From positions 960,001 to 1,024,000 of the forward strand of contig OY764216.1 of the NCBI GenBank assembly GCA_963668315.1: a stretch of DNA of 64,000 nt, given 5' to 3'. Shown piece after piece: positions 58,173 through 64,000 of the stretch (positions within the stretch are counted from its first letter, which is position 1; each line of letters begins with the position of its first letter). This stretch comes from Spirochaetia bacterium (GTDB lineage Bacteria; Spirochaetota; Spirochaetia; DSM-2461). The notes under the pieces were generated by a model. That model did not search any database, had not been told where the DNA came from, and saw only the letters and a program-made list of their open reading frames with translations. The position numbers and the translations under genes are program-made.

Positions 58173-59336
58173 ATGAGTGATAATAATGACATGAATGAAG
58201 AGAGCTTTGCAGAACTCTTCGAGAAGAGCGTAGTCGAAAATGACTATCTTGAACCGGGACAGGCGGTTGATACGGAAATCGTCGCCATTTCGGGAGATTC
58301 CATCTTTCTGCACCTGAACGGCAAGAGTGAAGGTGTTCTTGATGCGGAAGAGATGAAGGATGAAGAGGGAAACCTGACCGTAAAGGAAGGGGATAAGATA
58401 AAAGTCTTTTTTTTGAAAGCCGATAAAGGCGAAATGCGCTTTACCACGCGCATAAGCTCCAGCGAAGCGGGACTGGCCGTATTGCAGAATGCCTTTGATG
58501 AAGGGGCTCCCGTGGAGGGAGTGGTCGGAAAGGAAGTCAAAGGGGGGTTCGAAGTAAAAATCGGTGAATCCCGGGCTTTCTGTCCCTTCTCCCAGATGGG
58601 CGAAAGGCGCGTGGAAGACAGCTCCGAATGGGTGGGTCGTAAATTAACCTTCAAGATTACCGAGATAGGGGAGAAGGGTCGGAACATTATCGTTTCCAAC
58701 CGGGCTCTTATCGAGGAAGAAAAAGAGAAAATACGGGAAGGACTCATGAAAACCCTGAAAGAGGGCATGACCGTAACCGGCCAGGTTGTCTCCCTTCGCG
58801 ATTTCGGTGCTTTTGTCGATCTGGGCGGAGTTCAGGCCCTTCTTCCCATTTCCGAAATCAGCCATGAACGGGTTAAGGATGTGGAAAGCGTTCTCGCCGC
58901 CGGGCAGGAAATTGAAGTGAAGATCATCAGTCTGGACTGGGGGAAGAACCGCCTCTCCGTCAGTATGAAGGCGCTTCTCGGCGACCCCTGGGACGATGCG
59001 GCATCCAAGTACCCGGAGGGTTCCCTCCATAAGGGGAAGATTGTCCGCATTACCGATTTCGGGGCGTTTGTCTCCCTCGAGCCCGGATTGGACGGCCTTA
59101 TCCATGTTTCCGAACTGGCGGGAAGCGGAAGAGACGTACGTCCCCGTGATGTCGTCAAAAAGGGTGAGGAAGTGCAGGTACGGATCCTTTCCGTGGATAC
59201 GGCGAATAAACGACTTTCTCTTAAACAGATAGGTGAGGGCGAAGACGATACGGACTATACCGCCTACTCCGGCAGTTCTTCCGGCGAGACGTACAACCCC
59301 TTCGCCGCGTTGCTCAAGGACAGAAACAAAAAGTAA
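58173..59336 (+). CDS. rpsA: Four-domain ribosomal protein S1-like RNA-binding protein
   Basis: ESFAELFE, four S1 repeats (AFCPFSQM, DFGAFVDLGG, DFGAFVSLEPGLDGLIHVSEL) and a NPFAALL tail. Confidence 0.85.
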   Translation: MSDNNDMNEESFAELFEKSVVENDYLEPGQAVDTEIVAISGDSIFLHLNGKSEGVLDAEEMKDEEGNLTVKEGDKIKVFFLKADKGEMRFTTRISSSEAGLAVLQNAFDEGAPVEGVVGKEVKGGFEVKIGESRAFCPFSQMGERRVEDSSEWVGRKLTFKITEIGEKGRNIIVSNRALIEEEKEKIREGLMKTLKEGMTVTGQVVSLRDFGAFVDLGGVQALLPISEISHERVKDVESVLAAGQEIEVKIISLDWGKNRLSVSMKALLGDPWDDAASKYPEGSLHKGKIVRITDFGAFVSLEPGLDGLIHVSELAGSGRDVRPRDVVKKGEEVQVRILSVDTANKRLSLKQIGEGEDDTDYTAYSGSSSGETYNPFAALLKDRNKK

Positions 59337-59340
59337 CCGG

Positions 59341-59420
59341 AAAAACGGGACGGACCTTTCGGCCCGATTCGTTATCAGCACCCCGCCTGTTCGCATTACT
59401 TGGGCGGGGTGCCCGTTTTT
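59341..59420 (+). terminator. Structured 3' region or terminator after the S1 gene
   Basis: GCACCCCGCC.../GGCGGGGTGC stem followed by CCGTTTTT; outer pairing AAAAACGG/CCGTTTTT. Confidence 0.6.
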
Positions 59421-59500
59421 ATAAACGCCCGGCACGTTTTCAAGCATCTTTCGGGCCGCCTCTACTCTGAAATCCGATGACACCTATTATTCCCGTACTC

Positions 59501-60868
59501 CTAAGCGGTTTGCCTGATTCTGCCATCAGGAGCGATGGCCCGTCGGGCAGAACCGGCCAGGACCGTAACCAGGATGAGGGAGCAGAGATCGGCTACCGGC
59601 TGGGCGGCGATAATCCCGTTGAGCTTGAAAAGGCCGGAGAGGAGGAAGAGCAGGGGGATGAAGAAGAGCCCCTGCCTGCCAATTCCGATCAATCCCCCTT
59701 CCCGGGCTTTCCCCAGGGCGATGAAGAGGTTTGAATATACGGCCTGGAATCCGAACCCCGTGAATGTCAGAGCGTTGAGGATGAGCGAGAGTCTCCCTAT
59801 GCGAATCAGAGTCATATCTCCCCGGGAGAAAGCAGAGACCAGGGGCCGGGAGAAGGCAATCATCGCCGCCGCTGTCAGAGTGCAGTAGGCGAAGGACCAG
59901 ATCGTCGTTATCCGGGTCGCCTGTCTCACTCTTTCCAGTTTCCCCGCTCCGAAGTTGAAGGCGGCGAAAGGGACATAGCCCTTGAGAAAACCGAAAATGG
60001 CCATGGACCAGAGGCTCATAATTCTTGTCGTCACAGCCAGAGCGGCTATCGCCGAATCCCCGTAGGGAGCGGTAAGCCCGTTTGTCAGAGACAGGGCGAG
60101 ACCCGTAAGAAGCTGATACATGAGTACAGGGGCTCCCAGCTTGAAAATATCCGCAAGGACAGAGGCTTTCAGGCATACATGGCGAAGGCGGAACTCAAGT
60201 ACACTTTGTCTACGGAAAAGGTAGGCAAGGTAGACGGAGAATGTGATGATGCGGGATATCACCGTCGCCAGTGCGGCACCCCTTACTCCCAGGGAAAGGG
60301 TAAAAATAAGAATCGGGTCCAGAATAATATTGGTTAAACAGCCGGCAAACAGGGCCGTCATGCTTGTCCTGGCAGCGCCTTCGGCCACGATGATATTGTT
60401 GAAGGTAATATTGAACAGGTTGAATATCAGGCCGGAGATAAAAAGGACGGCGTATTTTTTCGCGTAAGCCATCATGGTGGCTGTCGCTCCCAGAGCGCTG
60501 AGGAGAGGCGTCAGGAATATAAGCATGAGCGACAGCAGTACCAGGCCGACGGCCAGGCCTCCGAATAGGGCTGTTGACGCATAACGGCTGGCCCCGTCGC
60601 GGTCGTCTTTACCCAGGAACCGCGACACATGGGAGGAAGCGCCCGAACCGAAGAGCAGGCCCGTCCCCAGGATCACAAGGCCGAGGGGGTAGACGATTGA
60701 TACGGCCCCCATCTGGGACGTCCCGAGCTTCCCGACGAAATAGGTGTCGATCAGATTGTACAGGGCTGATATAACCAGACCCGCCATAGATGGAAGGCCC
60801 AGTTTGAGCAGGGCCCGGCTGACATTTCCGGTGCGCAGCGTTTCGATTCTTTCCCGTGATTTTTCCAT
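59501..60868 (-). CDS. MATE-family efflux transporter
   Basis: LYNLIDTYFVG, NIILDPILIF and GAALAT motifs; about 12 TM segments. Confidence 0.95.
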   Translation of the reverse strand: MEKSRERIETLRTGNVSRALLKLGLPSMAGLVISALYNLIDTYFVGKLGTSQMGAVSIVYPLGLVILGTGLLFGSGASSHVSRFLGKDDRDGASRYASTALFGGLAVGLVLLSLMLIFLTPLLSALGATATMMAYAKKYAVLFISGLIFNLFNITFNNIIVAEGAARTSMTALFAGCLTNIILDPILIFTLSLGVRGAALATVISRIITFSVYLAYLFRRQSVLEFRLRHVCLKASVLADIFKLGAPVLMYQLLTGLALSLTNGLTAPYGDSAIAALAVTTRIMSLWSMAIFGFLKGYVPFAAFNFGAGKLERVRQATRITTIWSFAYCTLTAAAMIAFSRPLVSAFSRGDMTLIRIGRLSLILNALTFTGFGFQAVYSNLFIALGKAREGGLIGIGRQGLFFIPLLFLLSGLFKLNGIIAAQPVADLCSLILVTVLAGSARRAIAPDGRIRQTA

Positions 60869-60890
60869 TGATTCGTTCTCCTTTCTAGGT

Positions 60891-60921
60891 GTTTATTATC
60901 TATACAGTATAGGAGCTAAAC
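60891..60921. promoter_or_regulatory. Two tandem degenerate MarR operators upstream of the MATE gene
   Basis: GTTTATtatCTATAC and GTATAGgagCTAAAC, variants of GTTTAG-N3-CTAAAC. Confidence 0.6.
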
Positions 60922-60970
60922 AGGTGGGTGCCAAGCTTCTTACTTCTCCGTCTATGGGGCAATTATACTA

Positions 60971-61426
60971 TTACCGGTAATTCCTTTTTCTATCGAGCAT
61001 CTTCTCAAAATGGTCCATGAAATCCAGAAGAAGGGCAAAAGATTCGGGAGGGAGTTCTTCAAGGTAACGGAAGAAATCGTCCTGAACTTCCCGGTGGTAT
61101 TGGCGGTGTTTTTCGAACGCGGTTTTTCCCTCTTCCGTCAGGCGGAGCAGAACTTCCGCCTCCGACGAAGGCGAGGGTGCTTTTTCCACAAGACCCTTCG
61201 CCGCAAGTCTGCTTATCATCTGCGAGACGGCTCCCTTGGTGATTCCCTGAAGTTCGGCAAGGGATGTGACGTTTATATCTCGGTTCTCTCCTATGGCATT
61301 GATTGTATGGATTTCTCGCCGTGTAAAACTTAATCCGTCTCCGTATGAGAAATTCCTGTTTTCCGTCTCTGCGTACTTATGAATGAGCTTTTCAAACTGA
61401 ATTCCATACTTATGGTAATCCTTCAT
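60971..61426 (-). CDS. MarR-family regulator
   Basis: EIHTINAIG, ITKGAVSQMISRL and LTEEG motifs; ATG 61426 after AGGAG. Confidence 0.92.
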   Translation of the reverse strand: MKDYHKYGIQFEKLIHKYAETENRNFSYGDGLSFTRREIHTINAIGENRDINVTSLAELQGITKGAVSQMISRLAAKGLVEKAPSPSSEAEVLLRLTEEGKTAFEKHRQYHREVQDDFFRYLEELPPESFALLLDFMDHFEKMLDRKRNYR

Positions 61427-61465
61427 GGGATGGCTTCTCCTTCGTTTCTGTATTATAACACAGGT

Positions 61466-61480
61466 GTTTAGCATCTAAAC
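61466..61480. promoter_or_regulatory. Putative MarR autoregulatory operator
   Basis: Perfect GTTTAG-cat-CTAAAC upstream of an extended -10 TGtTATAAT on the minus strand. Confidence 0.7.
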
Positions 61481-61655
61481 TAATACTTCCAATTCCGATT
61501 TATGTCAACAGGGGCGTATACGCCATTCGAGCGTCCATGCAAGCGAAAACGGAAGGGAGAACATGGGCAGCATGGAGAAACACCACGGGATCGTAAAACA
61601 GTTTACCCCATAGGGCTCCCGGTCGTCGTTGCTTCCCCTCCGGTCCGGAACGTTT

Positions 61656-62285
61656 TCAGAGCTCCATTTTATCAAGTTCCCCGTCCAGCCAGCGCAACTC
61701 GTCGGGGGTACCTCTCTTCTGGCGGTAACCATTCAGGAGGTTCGCTTTCATACGGGCCTCTTCAGTTTCCCCCTGCCTTACCAGAGAGTATATGAGGTTG
61801 AACATAAGCTCTTCATAGACAGGCGGGGTCAAATCCCGGTCGGAGTCAAGAATCTCGCGTGCCTTTATTTCCGCCTCCGCCCAGTTTCCCGACCTGTTAA
61901 GTTCCTGAACTTCCCTTTCCGGAGTGTAGAGAACGTCCTCCTCCAGTTCTGCTCTGAGCTTTTTCAGTTCCCGTTCAAGCCAGACCGGCTCTCCCTCAGG
62001 AGCCTGCTCCGCCCGGAATCGATCCATTTCCCTCATTAGTTCACGGGCATGGGTAAAATTTTCCTGTCGGGCCATGGCGTAAATGACCTGGAAGTAGGTT
62101 TCGCTCAGTTCCTCCTCTTTAAAATTTCTACGATTTTCAAGCATTTCGTATCCCACGTTTTCGGCTTGCCGCCATTTTCCTTTCCTGTTAAGTTCCATGA
62201 GGTAGGAATTGTCCGGAAAAAGGCAGCCGACGGCCAGGGCGGCAAGGGCCGGAATCAGCAGAAATCGAATGGGATTTGTTTTCAT
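61656..62285 (-). CDS. Lipoprotein with two internal TPR-like repeats
   Basis: Lipobox LAVG-C; the unit ELNRxGxW...IY...RQ...AR...WLxxELxK occurs twice. Confidence 0.75.
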   Translation of the reverse strand: MKTNPIRFLLIPALAALAVGCLFPDNSYLMELNRKGKWRQAENVGYEMLENRRNFKEEELSETYFQVIYAMARQENFTHARELMREMDRFRAEQAPEGEPVWLERELKKLRAELEEDVLYTPEREVQELNRSGNWAEAEIKAREILDSDRDLTPPVYEELMFNLIYSLVRQGETEEARMKANLLNGYRQKRGTPDELRWLDGELDKMEL

Positions 62286-62374
62286 TGTATTCTCCTATAA
62301 AGGTCTGTTTTCTACAGGATAGGCCGTTATGGAAAATTAGCTATGGAACTTTGGGTGAATTCGGCCCGCCGGAA

Positions 62375-63244
62375 CTACTCCTTGGGATGAATTCTTCCGG
62401 AAATCCTCAATAATTCCCACCGGCTTTTTATCTGAAGTTTGCGGAATATGTTATTGATATGCTTTTTCACCGTGGATTCGGAAATAAAGAGCCTTTCCGC
62501 AATAGAGGAATTCGTTTCGCCGGCCAGGATCATATTGATGACCTCCTCTTCCCGTGGGGAGACGGGGAGCCCCATCTTCATCAATGGTACGGGGGCTTTT
62601 TGCTCCCTCAGCCATAAGGTGACTATGGCGCCCGTGCAGATGGTAAAGAGGGGCGTGAAATCGACAAGCAGTAGGGTAAGATATATTCTCGTCTGGGGTA
62701 TCTCTTCCAGTAATTCGAGAATAATTCCCAGCAGGAAGAAGCCGGTGCAGAAAAGGAGCCTGCCTACGAGAATGCCGATGGACGGCATAAGCCGCAGGGA
62801 ACGGCCTGTCAGGTGAAGGTAGAGAACATGTCCGGCAAAATAGAGAAAAAAGGCGATTCGGATGAGGGAGGGGATAAGGGAATAAACGGCGAAGGGCAAA
62901 ATATAGGCCGTCAGAATCAGGCCTGTCCAGAGTGCCGTGAGCAAGGGAGTCATGCTGAATCTGCCGAGGGATTGGAGAAAGAAAAGAAGAAAAAGCAGGC
63001 CGAGCTCTTCCAGGGTATGGCTAACTATCCAGAGGGAAAGGGGATGGTTATTTGCTATAAAGGCCAGATTCTGAAGAAACCCGATAAGATCATGGCAGAG
63101 GAAGGATAGGTAGAATCCCATGAAAAAGGACATGTCCTTCCTATTGTGTGACTCCCTTGTCCTGATAAGAAGCATGAATATCAGAAATCCCAGGATGTAT
63201 AGAAGAAAGTAAAACATGGTCCTCAGGGCCTCAATATCGGTCAT
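62375..63244 (-). CDS. Membrane-anchored LuxR-HTH regulator
   Basis: About seven TM segments, then SPREEEVI...IAERLFISESTVKKHINNIFRKL. Confidence 0.88.
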   Translation of the reverse strand: MTDIEALRTMFYFLLYILGFLIFMLLIRTRESHNRKDMSFFMGFYLSFLCHDLIGFLQNLAFIANNHPLSLWIVSHTLEELGLLFLLFFLQSLGRFSMTPLLTALWTGLILTAYILPFAVYSLIPSLIRIAFFLYFAGHVLYLHLTGRSLRLMPSIGILVGRLLFCTGFFLLGIILELLEEIPQTRIYLTLLLVDFTPLFTICTGAIVTLWLREQKAPVPLMKMGLPVSPREEEVINMILAGETNSSIAERLFISESTVKKHINNIFRKLQIKSRWELLRISGRIHPKE

Positions 63245-63264
63245 GGGTTTATTTTATCATGGGA

Positions 63265-63759
63265 TCAGGGAATCAGGAAGCCCAATAGGCGGGCGAGCTC
63301 CCTCAGCCTCCTGTCCGGCGTGAGAAAGCCGTCGAAGCCCAGATGTCGGGCCGTGGCCAGATGGAGAAGTTCCCGCAGGTTCCAGCTCCGGGCATAGACC
63401 GCCGTGAGCGTGTATTCTCTGGTCAGGGACATCACCGCTTCCCAGTCGCAATCGATACTCACCAGTTTGCCCCGGATTTTGTCCTTATGAATCTGCAGAC
63501 GGACACCTTCCAGTTCCTCCCGGCTTATCTCGTCCAGGCCGTGCCTTTGGGCCAGCTCGTTCTGAAGATCCGTTTCCTGAAGTGTGGTCATGAGAATCGG
63601 CAGTTTTCTATCCACCGTCAGGTTGATGATGGACATGCTGTCCACCTGGGGCAGGTAGAGTTTTTCCAGGGCGTCCGGATGGTAGTAAAGCTTGCGCGAT
63701 GTCCGAAGGGAATACTCGTCATCCTCCTGCCGCGGATGCCCGGATGCTTTAGAAGTCAT
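63265..63759 (-). CDS. Degenerate PIN-domain (VapC-like) protein
   Basis: YYHPDALEKLY and LLHLATA...FLTPDRRL resemble PIN termini; lies directly downstream of an antitoxin gene. Confidence 0.6.
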   Translation of the reverse strand: MTSKASGHPRQEDDEYSLRTSRKLYYHPDALEKLYLPQVDSMSIINLTVDRKLPILMTTLQETDLQNELAQRHGLDEISREELEGVRLQIHKDKIRGKLVSIDCDWEAVMSLTREYTLTAVYARSWNLRELLHLATARHLGFDGFLTPDRRLRELARLLGFLIP

Positions 63760-63994
63760 ACCGGGTCTCGCTGATGATGCCGGGATTCTCCTGGGGGCGC
63801 AGGGTTCTGCCCCGGAAGATTGTCATGATCTCCTTCTCGTGGTTCTCCCAGTTCACTTCCGGCGGCGTATCCAGGGGAAGAAGCCGCGCCACGGGGGTTT
63901 TCCGGCGGCAGATGAGGATTTCCTGACCGGATGTAACTTTTTGGATTACCGCGGCAAGATTGTGTTGAATTTCGCGAATACTGATTCTCTGCAT
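63749..63994 (-). CDS. Phd/YefM-family antitoxin
   Basis: ISIREIQHNLAAVIQKVTSGQEILICRRKTPVARLLP. Confidence 0.85.
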   Translation of the reverse strand: MQRISIREIQHNLAAVIQKVTSGQEILICRRKTPVARLLPLDTPPEVNWENHEKEIMTIFRGRTLRPQENPGIISETRYDF

Positions 63995-64000
63995 AGATAC

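Noticed and set aside
1293..59483. Long antisense ORFs, for example 1293-2342, 5044-6402, 22892-23923, 26421-27818, 39648-40907, 43807-45090 and 45742-46701
   Set aside because: Each mirrors a well-supported gene on the other strand and has no recognisable motifs; this is expected from GC-rich codon bias.
1..64000. CRISPR arrays, tRNA/rRNA genes, IS elements, integrases and prophage genes
   Set aside because: No regularly spaced repeats, cloverleaf motifs, transposase/integrase ORFs or phage structural genes were seen; intergenic gaps are short.

Overview
A gene-dense bacterial chromosomal segment with about 60 CDS. I found no rRNA, tRNA, CRISPR array or transposase. The host is probably an anaerobic, sugar-using organism; a free-living spirochaete is a guess from gene content and from the Cys-less 'A-N-G' signal peptides of the binding proteins. 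In order, the window holds: a sugar ABC transporter with a YesMN-type two-component system; PHP and ParB-like genes; a chemoreceptor; panE-like, mgsA and YheT-like genes; a translationally coupled seven-gene operon (MoxR AAA+, unknown, HEXXH-peptidase/VWA, unknown, adenylate-forming ligase, NadR, PnuC); a DsbA/SpxH-like gene; a CoA-disulfide reductase-rhodanese fusion; two DEAD-box helicases; a GGDEF protein; a second sugar ABC cluster with CutC, ROK and MlrC; allE and a frameshifted adenine deaminase; an Rrf2-led hcp cluster with a permease-less ABC-like pair, a G3E GTPase and a HypA-like mini-protein; tandem esterases; putP; a short S1; MATE/MarR; and a degenerate PIN/Phd pair. The two best candidates for undescribed systems are the hcp accessory cluster (45775-51205) and the MoxR-VWA-ligase-NadR-PnuC operon (16158-23932). 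Many genes look leaderless. All family calls are from motif recognition by eye; no database searches were run.
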